A DNA stretch of 64,000 bases from positions 66,245,790 through 66,309,789 of the forward strand of contig NC_068988.1 in NCBI RefSeq assembly GCF_001194135.2, read 5' to 3'. Positions 37,944 to 51,807 of the stretch are shown here, in pieces. The notes below the pieces were generated by a model. That model saw nothing but the letters and a program-made list of their open reading frames with translations. It was not told the DNA's origin and made no database searches. Each line of letters starts with the position of its first letter. Within the stretch, counting starts at the first letter, position 1. The translations under genes were made by a program, and so were the position numbers. This DNA is from Octopus bimaculoides (taxonomy: Eukaryota).

Positions 37944-38751
37944 TATATATNNNNNNNNNNNNNNNNNNNNNNNNNNNNNNNNNNNNNNNNNNNNNNNNNN
38001 NNNNNNNNNNNNNNNNNNNNNNNNNNNNNNNNNNNNNNNNNNNNNNNNNNNNNNNNNNNNNNNNNNNNNNNNNNNNNNNNNNNNNNNNNNNNNNNNNNNN
38101 NNNNNNNNNNNNNNNNNNNNNNNNNNNNNNNNNNNNNNNNNNNNNNNNNNNNNNNNNNNNNNNNNNNNNNNNNNNNNNNNNNNNNNNNNNNNNNNNNNNN
38201 NNNNNNNNNNNNNNNNNNNNNNNNNNNNNNNNNNNNNNNNNNNNNNNNNNNNNNNNNNNNNNNNNNNNNNNNNNNNNNNNNNNNNNNNNNNNNNNNNNNN
38301 NNNNNNNNNNNNNNNNNNNNNNNNNNNNNNNNNNNNNNNNNNNNNNNNNNNNNNNNNNNNNNNNNNNNNNNNNNNNNNNNNNNNNNNNNNNNNNNNNNNN
38401 NNNNNNNNNNNNNNNNNNNNNNNNNNNNNNNNNNNNNNNNNNNNNNNNNNNNNNNNNNNNNNNNNNNNNNNNNNNNNNNNNNNNNNNNNNNNNNNNNNNN
38501 NNNNNNNNNNNNNNNNNNNNNNNNNNNNNNNNNNNNNNNNNNNNNNNNNNNNNNNNNNNNNNNNNNNNNNNNNNNNNNNNNNNNNNNNNNNNNNNNNNNN
38601 NNNNNNNNNNNNNNNNNNNNNNNNNNNNNNNNNNNNNNNNNNNNNNNNNNNNNNNNNNNNNNNNNNNNNNNNNNNNNNNNNNNNNNNNNNNNNNNNNNNN
38701 NNNNNNNNNNNNNNNNNNNNNNNNNNNNNNNNNNNNNNNNNNNNNNNNNNN

Positions 38752-38790
<39 letters not shown>

Positions 38791-39233
38791 ATGTGGATGT
38801 GTCTACATATGTATTTTATATTTACATATATGTGTGTTTCTGTGTGAATGTGTTTGTGTGTACATGTATATGTATGTGTGTGTACATGTATGTACGTATA
38901 TGTAGGCACTAACTGGCTAGGGACATGAATCTAGGTAACATATTCGACGGAGCGGGGAAACTGAATATTGTACACAATATGAGAACAGAAACAAAAGCTA
39001 GCGCGAATTGTTAGCAACTTTGAATGAAAAAGGGAGATGATGTCAAAAGCGTTAAAAGAGTTTCTCCATTGTACAGGAAAATACAAAATCCTATCTTTGC
39101 TTTGGAGACTTCAGCACATTTTATTCTTTTTATCACTATTGTACAGACACACACATTCTCTCATACACGCCCAAACATACAATTACACACAATCACGCAC
39201 GCACACACCCTCACACACACACGCACACACACG

Positions 39234-39292
<59 letters not shown>

Positions 39293-40195
39293 NNNNNNNN
39301 NNNNNNNNNNNNNNNNNNNNNNNNNNNNNNNNNNNNNNNNNNNNNNNNNNNNNNNNNNNNNNNNNNNNNNNNNNNNNNNNNNNNNNNNNNNNNNNNNNNN
39401 NNNNNNNNNNNNNNNNNNNNNNNNNNNNNNNNNNNNNNNNNNNNNNNNNNNNNNNNNNNNNNNNNNNNNNNNNNNNNNNNNNNNNNNNNNNNNNNNNNNN
39501 NNNNNNNNNNNNNNNNNNNNNNNNNNNNNNNNNNNNNNNNNNNNNNNNNNNNNNNNNNNNNNNNNNNNNNNNNNNNNNNNNNNNNNNNNNNNNNNNNNNN
39601 NNNNNNNNNNNNNNNNNNNNNNNNNNNNNNNNNNNNNNNNNNNNNNNNNNNNNNNNNNNNNNNNNNNNNNNNNNNNNNNNNNNNNNNNNNNNNNNNNNNN
39701 NNNNNNNNNNNNNNNNNNNNNNNTATATACACGCGGACGTATACATAGATGTTATTATCTTTTTGTCTACGTTTTGTTTGCAATGTCTTGTGACCAGATA
39801 TCCATCTATATATACAGGTAGATGTAGGTATGCACATACTTGTACGTATATATGCATATACTCAATTATCATTTGTTTCATATATATATATGTACATATA
39901 CACATACACACCTGCACACATGCACACACACTCACATATATTCACACGCATGTGCTTCATGTACATAAAAACTTCTTTTAATAATATTTATTAAAGAAGC
40001 GTGATACAAATGTTGCTATCTTCAACTGATCCATGTCGGCGAAAATATTTCAAAAGAACCAGGAACTAAAAAAATTTTGCAATTGACTTTCTCTGAAGGG
40101 GAAAGGTTTTGTTTGATTTCTACTTCATCTTGATTCTGATTCTTTCCGCCCTCACCTCCCCTCTTTCATCATCTCTGACACACACAAAATCAATC

Positions 40196-40254
<59 letters not shown>

Positions 40255-40746
40255 NNNNNNNNNNNNNNNNNNNNNNNNNNNNNNNNNNNNNNNNNNNNNN
40301 NNNNNNNNNNNNNNNNNNNNNNNNNNNNNNNNNNNNNNNNNNNNNNNNNNNNNNNNNNNNNNNNNNNNNNNNNNNNNNNNNNNNNNNNNNNNNNNNNNNN
40401 NNNNNNNNNNNNNNNNNNNNNNNNNNNNNNNNNNNNNNNNNNNNNNNNNNNNNNNNNNNNNNNNNNNNNNNNNNNNNNNNNNNNNNNNNNNNNNNNNNNN
40501 NNNNNNNNNNNNNNNNNNNNNNNNNNNNNNNNNNNNNNNNNNNNNNNNNNNNNNNNNNNNNNNNNNNNNNNNNNNNNNNNNNNNNNNNNNNNNNNNNNNN
40601 NNNNNNNNNNNNNNNNNNNNNNNNNNNNNNNNNNNNNNNNNNNNNNNNNNNNNNNNNNNNNNNNNNNNNNNNNNNNNNNNNNNNNNNNNNNNNNNNCAGT
40701 TTTTCCGGCTTGCTAACGATTCTTCCAGCTCGCCGCCTTGCCCCTT

Positions 40747-40797
<51 letters not shown>

Positions 40798-40799
40798 CT

Positions 40800-40985
40800 T
40801 TTCTACTGGGAGGCGACTAGTCGATTACATCGACTTCAGTGTTTCACTGGTACTTAATTTATCGTACCCGAGAGAGATGAAATCAAAGTCGACCTCGGTG
40901 GAATTTGAACTCAGATCGTAGCGACAAACGCAATATCGCTAAGCATTTCGCCCGGTGTGCTAACGATTCAGACAGCTCACCACCT
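40800..40985 (-). mobile_element. SINE family A, with a further head fragment at about 40697-40742
   Basis: gtcgattacatcgac...aaagtcgacctcggtggaatttgaactcag...ctaagcatttcgcccggtgtgctaacgattcagacagctcacc. Confidence 0.8.
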
Positions 40986-40991
40986 TGCTCC

Positions 40992-41050
<59 letters not shown>

Positions 41051-41054
41051 AATG

Positions 41055-41128
<74 letters not shown>

Positions 41129-41149
41129 AAGAAGAAGAAGAAGAAAGTT

Positions 41150-41620
41150 CTTGATGCAGAGCCAAGCGCTGCCTATCTTGGCTTCCGATTTTAACTGATT
41201 GGAAGTGTTATGTATATTGTTTTGTCTTGGTTTAAAAGATGGGCAACATCAAATATTCTGTTCAGTACCACAGATTTGCTTGTCAGTTGTTTGACCTTAA
41301 ACAGTTGAGCATGTTCCTTAATGGCTAACGGTATGTGCGTCCCTGATCACGAGCAGAAGTAGTGGGGGAACATCATAGCCATGTGTTAGGAGGAATTCTT
41401 TGGGGTTTGGATAATTACCTCTGAAAATATGGGTGTCTTGTTCAACACCCTAAAACAACCCTTATTCAAGGAACTTTTGAGCGGACTGGGCTACTTGACC
41501 TCGAGAAAATTTTAACTGGGCCCCACGTGCTAGGTCATGCGCTGTTTATCTTGATATGAGATCTTCATGTCGCGCACATATGGTTGTGATTCACCTGCCT
41601 GGTGTATCCTTATCAAACGG
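41150..41620. repeat. Unclassified dispersed repeat (partial inverted copy at about 30010-30180)
   Basis: The reverse complement of 41250-41410 (cccaaagaattcctcctaacacatggctatgatgttcccccactact...aaggtcaaacaactg) matches 30014-30160 (cccaaagaatccctctcaatacatgactatgatgctcctccactact...aaggtcaagcaactg). Confidence 0.7.
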
Positions 41621-41699
41621 GTAATCATGATGCGTTTACTGGGTTTCGTATATTTGACCCCAGTGTCACTTTGATGGCATGCACTGCTCTCTCACCAAA

Positions 41700-41767
<68 letters not shown>

Positions 41768-41777
41768 ATAATAATAA

Positions 41778-41808
<31 letters not shown>

Positions 41809-42040
41809 AGTAATAATAATGATAATAATAATAATAATAATAATGATGATAACAATAATAATAATAATAATGATTTTGAAATTTTGGCAGAAGGCCAGCA
41901 ATTTCAGGGAAGCGGGTAAGTCGATTACATCCCCTCTAGTATTCAACTGGTACTAACTTTATCGACGACATAAAACCGGGAGGCAGTTGTAAAGAGGGAG
42001 AAATGCCGCTAAGCATCTTGCCTGCTCACCACCTTAACAA

Positions 42041-42102
<62 letters not shown>

Positions 42103-42606
42103 TTATCATTATTATTATTATTTTAATTTTTATTATTATCATTATTGTTATTATTGTTATTATTATTATTATTATTATTATTANNNNNNNNNNNNNNNNN
42201 NNNNNNNNNNNNNNNNNNNNNNNNNNNNNNNNNNNNNNNNNNNNNNNNNNNNNNNNNNNNNNNNNNNNNNNNNNNNNNNNNNNNNNNNNNNNNNNNNNNN
42301 NNNNNNNNNNNNNNNNNNNNNNNNNNNNNNNNNNNNNNNNNNNNNNNNNNNNNNNNNNNNNNNNNNNNNNNNNNNNNNNNNNNNNNNNNNNNNNNNNNNN
42401 NNNNNNNNNNNNNNNNNNNNNNNNNNNNNNNNNNNNNNNNNNNNNNNNNNNNNNNNNNNNNNNNNNNNNNNNNNNNNNNNNNNNNNNNNNNNNNNNNNNN
42501 NNNNNNNNNNNNNNNNNNNNNNNNNNNNNNNNNNNNNNNNNNNNNNNNNNNNNNNNNNNNNNNNNNNNNNNNNNNNNNNNNNNNNNNNCACACACACACA
42601 CACACA

Positions 42607-42653
<47 letters not shown>

Positions 42654-43217
42654 CTATTAGTATCTTCTTTTTTTTTGTTCTATTGCTATTGATGTTGCCC
42701 TTTTTTAGATAACTCTTCTCCAGAATGATGAGAATGAAAAACATTAATCTTATGCTTTAACATCACTCATATTCATTCCAAGCTTCCAGGTTTGAGAGTA
42801 AAAATATTAATGGAAAATTATCGAAAGCTTCATAACTGTCCAGCACTTTGATCAGATTACATCCGTCAAATGATTATGTTGTCCTTATAGTTTATGGAAC
42901 ATAGGTCAGAGGCGTAGCACATTATTATGTCACAATGTTCTCGAAATAAAAGTACTGAATTTTAGAAAGCAATCCACCCAACTTAAGCGAATCAAAACAA
43001 ATTAGCAACTAAGAAGTCCGACAGCTTACTATAAATAGTAGCTAGATTCAACCTCAAATCACAAGTTCCTATGTTTATTTAAAATATGTAGCTTTTTTAC
43101 AACATCGGCCTTTATATATATATGTATGTCTCTACGTATGTATGCATATATATATATATGCATATATATATATATATGCATATATATATACATACACACA
43201 CACACACACACACACAG

Positions 43218-43252
<35 letters not shown>

Positions 43253-43272
43253 CGTACATTTATATATATATA

Positions 43273-43491
43273 TGTTGGCACTCCGTCGCTTACGACATCG
43301 AGGGTTCCAGTTGATCTGATCAACGGAACAACCTGCTCGGGAGATTAACGTGCAAGTGGCTGAGCACTCCACAGACACGTGTAACCTTAACGTAGTTCTC
43401 ACGGATATTCAGCGTGACACAATGTGACAAGGCTGACCCTTTGAATTACAGGCACAACAGAAACAGGAAGTAAGAGTGAGAGAAAGTTGTG
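43273..43491 (-). mobile_element. SINE family C, 3' half
   Basis: gttggcactccgtcgcttacgacatcgagggttccagttgatc...gagtgagagaaagttgtg. Confidence 0.9.
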
Positions 43492-43950
43492 TACGTATAT
43501 ATATATATGTATATACATTTATATATACGTGCATATATATGTACAGGTTGTTTATCATCATTTCAGTCTGCGGAGAAATGGCTAAAAGTTGCCCTGTTTA
43601 TAATTATGCCATAAATTATGAGCCACTAATAGTCTCTTGCATAGGGAGCGCATGTATAACACGCCTTGTGCCTCTGAGCCACATGCACATGTATCCAATT
43701 TACAAAACAGGACGCCAGTACAAAAGAAATCTCGAGGACTACACGAGAAGTTAAAAGTAAAAAGCGGAAGGGTAATCAAAAACTTAAAAAGAAAAGAAAA
43801 TAAGAAAATAAGATTTATGACCCCTTCGACTGTTAAAACATATTTAAGCTAGTTGCAGAATACATCAACGGAGAGGGATCCAAAATCTGCGATTTAGCTG
43901 CTTAATTCGGAGGTGTTATCTGCCGGTTCGCCCCCCACAAAAAAAAAAAA

Positions 43951-45082
43951 AACAATTTGCCTATATGTTTGCATTTGCTGAAATTGTCTGATCTGGAATA
44001 CAATAGCGTGGTGAAAGTTCTTGGATCCAGAAAGGATGTTTGCTCTTTCAGCAACACATTATATTCATTTCTAAGATCCATTAACATATGGCATGCATCT
44101 CTCTACAATTTTCCAGTTGAGTGAATGCGATATGCAATTGGCCTTCAAACCCTATACATTGGTTGTCAGCTTACTGGCTTTACTTTTCTCGATGCGCTGG
44201 AAAGAAGATAAATGGTTTGCGTAACGCCTTTTGAAATCGCCCACGCATAACTTGATGTAATTTCTTTTCCCCGGTTAGATTATCTTGAAACGTTGTTGTG
44301 ACTTCTGTTTCATATGCGTCGGAGTTCATCGTACGAGCCTGGTCAAGTGGGCGAGCTTCAGCATGTAGACAGTTACAACTGCGAATAAATCTTGCTGATG
44401 GTCACGAGTGATAATGTTCCTCATATTGCAACAGCAACTGGATATTTTAATCGAGAGTCAGATAAAAGTCTCTTTGTATTTGTGGTTTACTGGGAAATAT
44501 TAATAAAAAGGAGATGGAATTTTTTTTAATTCAGAGAGAGAACGGGAGCGAACCACATTATTTTGCAAGGTCTAATTTTATGATTAATATTTTCAATTGA
44601 AAAGTTATAATATATCTTATCTTTGAAGCTTATTATTACGGATTATAGGAGCGGTAGTTTAGATTTAGGAAAACATCTAAAAGATCGATTTCTGACAGAT
44701 TTTAGTACCAGTGATTTTGAAGCCACATGAGTTTTTTCGTAATTTTTTTCGAGAGCTTGACCGTTACAGTAATGAAAAATTCCCAACCCATCGTCGCGGT
44801 ATAGACCAACGTCGTGGGGTAGGAACTTGGATCTCAGTGTGTTCAATATATATATAAACTCACAAGATCGCAGATATCCGCACTGCCATACGATCCCATC
44901 AATATCGAACAATTCATCCCTAACGAATTTTTTAACCCAAGCTGAGATCTTACGAAATAGAAGTGTTTTTCTCGCATGCATGATAAAATTCAGGTCTATA
45001 TAGTCTATATCAGCATATGTTTTTGCGAATTAAATCGCTTTATCAGGCAGTGATCTCGACATTGAGGAATAAATCTATAACA
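43951..45082 (-). mobile_element. Degenerate Penelope-like retroelement (RT plus GIY-YIG endonuclease remnants, internally deleted)
   Basis: Minus-strand translation gives HARKTLLF...VGLYRDDGLGIF (YRDD at 44790-44801). Further on come IKISSCCNMRNII, CNCL..PLD, NYIKLCVGDFKRRYANHLSSF (44212-44262), LNWKIVERCMPY and FSKCKH, which is the PLE RT and GIY-YIG pattern, with stops and frameshifts. Confidence 0.8.
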
Positions 45083-45246
45083 TATATAATAAATCTATAA
45101 ATCTATAACATCAAACTTTATAAATCTGGCTCTGTGCTTATTCTTTAATTTCTGAAACCATTGTGCTGCTATTATTCCATTGCTGTAGCGTAGTAGTCTC
45201 TCTAAATCTGATATTACTAAATATTTTTCCGCTACTAAATGTATAC

Positions 45247-45289
<43 letters not shown>

Positions 45290-45605
45290 NNNNNNNNNNN
45301 NNNNNNNNNNNNNNNNNNNNNNNNNNNNNNNNNNNNNNNNNNNNNNNNNNNNNNNNNNNNNNNNNNNNNNNNNNNNNNNNNNNNNNNNNNNNNNNNNNNN
45401 NNNNNNNNNNNNNNNNNNNNNNNNNNNNNNNNNNNNNNNNNNNNNNNNNNNNNNNNNNNNNNNNNNNNNNNNNNNNNNNNNNNNNNNNNNNNNNNNNNNN
45501 NNNNNNNNNNNNNNNNNNNNNNNNNNNNNNNNNNNNNNNNNNNNNNNNNNNNNNNNNNNNNNNNNNNNNNNNNNNNNNNNNNNNNNNNNNNNNNNNNNNN
45601 NNNNN

Positions 45606-45659
<54 letters not shown>

Positions 45660-46379
45660 GCAATGACAAAAAGAAGAAGAAGAAGAAGAAGAAGAAGAAG
45701 AAGAAGAAGAAGAAGAAGAAGAAGAAGGAGAATCCTTTAAAATGCACATGAAATATACCCTCAGAAGTTAGAAGCTGTGCGCACGCATGTACACACAAGA
45801 AAGCACATGCATAGACACACACATACACACACACACATTCACACACACATGCATACACAAATACAATAAGTTAATCTTAACTTGATTATCAGATTGTTAG
45901 ATTGCATGAAATATATCCGTTCAATATCTAATTGTAGCCTACAAACAGATTAGAATCTTGTTCACAATATGAACAAACTTTCCCCGTTCCCATAAATGAA
46001 GAAATGCATCATCTAGTACATCATATGTTGTATCTAAATCTTTCGATTTGAACTTGTTCGACACCAAAGATTTACAGAATACCTGAAAGGTCATTCAGTC
46101 TGTTCTCTCAGCTCTACTTTATATGCTTCAAATTTATATTGATTTCCTAAATTACTCGAATCCGCAAATTTGTAGAACTGTAAAATAAAATGGAATAATT
46201 TAGCTGGTGGATAAGATGTAAACAACAATTATGGAAATGTTGGTTTTACGTGGCACGGAATCTAAATTCTATTTGTTTTGTTATTTAGAAACAATGATAA
46301 CCTTCAAAACATTACAGCGCCGAGTAAGACGTTGATACTTGTGTGCATATATGTGTATGTGTGTGCATGTGTGTGTGTG

Positions 46380-46432
<53 letters not shown>

Positions 46433-47659
46433 NNNNNNNNNNNNNNNNNNNNNNNNNNNNNNNNNNNNNNNNNNNNNNNNNNNNNNNNNNNNNNNNNNNN
46501 NNNNNNNNNNNNNNNNNNNNNNNNNNNNNNNNNNNNNNNNNNNNNNNNNNNNNNNNNNNNNNNNNNNNNNNNNNNNNNNNNNNNNNNNNNNNNNNNNNNN
46601 NNNNNNNNNNNNNNNNNNNNNNNNNNNNNNNNNNNNNNNNNNNNNNNNNNNNNNNNNNNNNNNNNNNNNNNNNNNATATATATATACATACATATATACG
46701 AGTTATTATTTATCAATTAGATCTTTGGTCTTACTCTGGTTGAAAATTCTCTCCCGGGTATGACTTTAAATTTCATCCAATACTGAGGCCCTGACTAGGG
46801 ACTTGGCGGGTTTTGAGGAGTGCTGAACTGCTTCCTAGTCACTATTTTCGCCAGATCTTCTCTGACCCATAGCAGTAAGTATCTCTTAGGGTCCCAGCTA
46901 TGGGTTAACTAACCTACTATGATTTGCCTAACCATTCATGTTATGCAGAAAAATATCTTTTAACGGAGAGGAAGGCGACCACAACTAAACTTTGTGGAAC
47001 GCAGACAGCAAGATTAAACAAGTAAGGAAGTAAGAAATCTTGGTCATTCTCTTCCTCAGTTCTATCCCCAGTTGTCTTGACCTGATCTTGCCACTGGTCC
47101 GGCTAACTAGATGTCGAAGCAGGACTTTAACTTGTGTTTTACTTGATCTTTGGAATTACAGTAACTGTAGGTGTGCATAAATATTTTCTATTTCTGAATA
47201 TAAAACCAGCCTTTGAGATGTAGTCTTGGCTGTTTTAAGGATATGTATCCGTCAAGAGAGATTCTGTAATAGTGAGCTAAATTATATGGATCGCTTAGAT
47301 TCTAATAATGTGCTGCTCGTGTTAAAGGGATCTGAGGTATAATGATATCGCCTTAATAATTACATTGGTAGTACCAGTTGACTCGGATGATTTCACAAAC
47401 TATACCGACCCTTGCTTGCGTGAACGAAAGAGTTAATATTCTTTAGGATGTGGTGTTTACAACTTCTATCACGTTATTTATGCTGGAAGTGATACTAATA
47501 CGTAGTATTCAGGGATAATGGACATGGCTTTCTAGAAAACTAGGCATGGTGGTCTATTTTTTTAATATAGATTGGGATAAACCCACGGAGTGTATGGAAG
47601 AGAGGGGAAGAATGAGAGAGGGACGGAGAGGGAGAGAGAGAGGAAGAGAGAGAGAAAGA

Positions 47660-47701
<42 letters not shown>

Positions 47702-48588
47702 GAGAGAGAGAATGATTGGAGAGTTTGGTGAATAAAAGAACTAACTTTAGGGAGAACGATTTAAAAATTGGTTTAGAATTTAGTTTCTTTTCTTCCTTTG
47801 TTTTAGACTGCTTATGTTGAGGTGAGTGGTAGAGATGAGAATCAGAGTTTGAGACGAGTTCTGTTGCTTTCGTGAAGTTTAATATGCTTGTGTTGCAGAA
47901 GATGATAGATAGTAATTCATTTGGTAATGCGGTAACTGAGTATTCCTACTGGTTTTCCATCGCATATTTAGTTTTATGTTAGTTCTATGTAATACATAGA
48001 ATATTTTAGAAAGATATTTTTGTATCTATTTTCCTTTTGTGGTTATGTTTATTTTTCATTTGTAATATCAAATGATTGTATTTGCTGAGTGTTATTCAGC
48101 TTATCTGTTTACAATTGAGACCATAATTTCATATATACACATATACAATATATACATGAAATTATAAGGTTCCACTTTTGTATCTAGCCTCACGCGTATT
48201 TTCATGTATAAATTCCTGCGTAAATAGCAGCCCGAAAAACATATAGCCTATGTATATATACATATATCTGTTTGCTTAAGCATTTTAGCTTTTTTTTTCC
48301 TTTCTTTTTCGCTTGTTTTGCTTTGTTGTTGTTGCATGTATTCTTGCGTAGTTTTCTTTAAGTGCACGTGTATAAAACAAAACAACCACAGAGAATGTTA
48401 ATTCACATTAAACGTAGCCGCGCTTCACCACCACCAGCATTGTACATAATCCCTCTCTGCCTAAAAAAAAAACATCTTTATTTCTTGAACAGCATTATTT
48501 TTAAATTGGAAATCGTAAAGAACAATTTCTATTATTCTTACATTGGATAGATATCGATCGACCATTTTTGTTGGAAACAACAACAGCG

Positions 48589-48800
<212 letters not shown>

Positions 48801-49375
48801 TAATCTTGTTATTGTTGCTGTTGTCATTGTTGCTATTGTTGGTGATGTTATTACTTTCTGCTTTACACACCACTATCTGTCTTGGTATTATTGTATCATA
48901 GGAGAACCTTTTTTCTTTCTTTTCCTGTTGAATTTATTTTTCGACCAAATAATAATTTTCCTTATCAAAATTATTTGTATATGTGTGTGTGTGGGGTGGG
49001 TACACGAACGTGTAACTGTTTTTATGCTGTGTATTATCTTTGATATTGGAAACTTCTGAATATTGCCAGTACCAATGTAGAAATATTTTAGATATATTTC
49101 ACAGTATTTCTTTAGTATAATTATCTGATGCAATCCACCAACAATAATTTAGTTCAAAATGCTGCTCTCAACATATTCAGAATGGAGTTACGAGATACGG
49201 TAGAAAACCGGGCTTTATATCTTGAGATGCTTATTTACGTCACTTTACAGTCAGGATTCGTATTTCGGTAACAGGTTCAACCCTTGTTTTCATTATTTTA
49301 GAGTTAATTGACAATACCATCCCTACTCCAACATGTTTCTTATATCAAAAATCTATTAATATTATATAATATTAA

Positions 49376-49588
49376 GGCAACGAGCGGTCAGTATCATTAA
49401 TGTGCCGGATAAAATCCTTAGCGACATTTCGTCCGTTTTTACGCTGAGTTCAAATTTCACCGTGGTCGATTTACCATTTCATCGTTAGGGGGTCAATGAA
49501 ATAAGTACCAGCTGAGAACTGGGGTCGATGTAATTGATTATCCCCCTCACTTAAAATTGCTGGCCTTGTGTCAAAATTTGAAACCAAT
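49376..49588 (+). mobile_element. SINE family A
   Basis: Degenerate head, gagttcaaatttcacc, ggggtcgatgtaattgat, tail ggccttgtgtcaaaatttgaaaccaat. Confidence 0.85.
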
Positions 49589-51325
49589 ATTATAATATAT
49601 TTCTCGAACTGTCTATCGGCAGCTAAATCCATTGTGAAGATCGTTTCAATGTCTTACTTTGGCTAGGAAGGACAGTGTTTATCAGTTTGGTGGCCTTAGC
49701 GAAATAACTTGTATGGTAGACCAGGTTGAAAGAGATTTCAGAAACTTTTCTCTTTAGCCAAGCCAACATCAGCTTTTTCAAGTTTTCGTTGAAAAGAAAA
49801 TTGAGTTTGTAGATGAAAGTGCTGCGTTCTAGGAAGTTTGTTGAAAGGTGGGTTAACATGTAGATTGAGTGGACAATGAGATGATCACATTTTCCCTAGT
49901 CAACTGTGCTTTTGTGGGTTTTCCACGAGCAGCTTTTAGTAGTGTCCCCTTTTTTGGGCATTTTTTTTTCTTGTTTAGATTTTTGCTTCTTTGTTTTTGT
50001 TAATTATACTGTTTCCGTTCCCTCGTGTTTTCGTGTGAATTCTTACATTATATTTGTTATTGGCTGAATCCGTATTCCTTCTGTCTCTTTACGTTTTGAG
50101 TTCAAATATCACCGGGATCGACTTTGCCTTACCTCATTTCGAGGTCGATAGAATAAAATGCCAGTCAAGTACCAAAGTCGTTCTAATCGCCTTGCCACCA
50201 TTCCCTCACAATTAGTGGTCTTGTTCAAATATTAGAAAGAATTTTGTTTTTCTGCTGTTGTGTTGGTAAGACTTGATACGATTATATAATTATGAAAGAC
50301 GTACGTTCAATAGTAGAATGTAAGTTAAACAAATAATTTTCTTATAGAATGCCAGCAATCGTAGCCAAGAGTATAGCAACTATAAATCCACTCAAGACAG
50401 GAAGAATTCCTCGTGGATATATTGGAGAAACATTAATTTGTATGACATATCCGATAGCTATAGCAGCTAATGTAAATGTCTATTTTAATGATACTAATAT
50501 TTGCAAGTCAATTTTAACCGTCCCCGACATCTTACATTGGTATTGTAATACCTGTCACATTCATGTCATTCTCTAATTGATACCACACATGGTTATTACT
50601 TGAATGTGTACAGGAATTCTTGGTATCTTGCTAACAGACCCTGCAGAAATTGTAGGCTAATTATAAAGAATACATAGAAACCCAAATTGAAAATCATAAT
50701 CCTCTTGATTCATAAAACCTGCGGTAGTATACTTGTGCACATATAAGTTATGATGTAAATTAGAGAGTGTTTCGCCGTATGGTTTCTTTGACTATTTCAA
50801 AATGGTGAATGATAAATATATTTGCGTAGACCATTGTTCACAAATATGTGTCCCTCCAATGATGCTAAGTCTACATGCCAGAGAGAGAGGGAGAGAAAGA
50901 GAGACAGAAACAGAGATAGACAGACAGAAAGAGACAGAGAGAGAAAGGGAGGGAGGTAGGGAGAAAGAGAGAGGGTTTTAAACCAATTCGAAAGTAAATA
51001 GTTTTTATAAATCTCCCAATTCCTTTTAGGTCCGTAAAATCTTGTCCATTCATTTGCCGTGATGTATGTCGTTAAGTGAGATAAGCATTTCAAAAATTAT
51101 ACTGAGGTACAATCAACATTTCGAAGTTGTCGTATTCCCGAAAGTCAGCCCTGATTAAACATATTCCATCAATGGCTGTTTTGTCTTGTTAGTGATTGTC
51201 AGAAATACATAATCTCTAAGTTATTCATCATTTAACAAAACAGAGTGTGATTTGTGGTATAATTTGGCTACGTTTTCTATCACGTTTATGTTCTCTTGCT
51301 AATTCTTTCAAAATGTTGTTCATGT

Positions 51326-51548
51326 TACTCTTTTACTCTTTTACCTATTTCAGTCATTTGACTGTAGCCATGCTGGAGCACTGCCTTTTAGTCGAGCAAA
51401 TCGACCCCAGGACTTATTCTTTGAAAGCCTAGTACTTATTCTATCGGTCTCTTATGCTGAACCGCTAAGTTACGGGGACGTAAACACACCAGCATCAGTT
51501 GTCAAGCGATGTTGGGGGGAAAACACAGACACACACACACAGACACAG

Positions 51549-51639
<91 letters not shown>

Positions 51640-51807
51640 TACGACAGGCTTCTTTCAGTTTCCGTCTACCAAATCCACTCACAAGGCTGCTTTGGTCGGC
51701 CCAAGACTATAGTAGAGGACACTTCCCAAGGTGCCACGCAGTGGGACTGAACCCGGAACCATGAGGTTGGTAAGCAAGCTACTTACCACACAGCCACTCC
51801 TACGCCT
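51326..51807 (-). mobile_element. SINE family B, full length
   Basis: Closely similar to 29341-29757, with a longer internal (CA)n(TA)n tract. Confidence 0.9.

Noticed and set aside
43550-43950. Hammerhead in the flank of the Penelope-like remnant
   Set aside because: Only partial words (ctcagagg, ctgaaatgatga) are present, with no complete core or stems.
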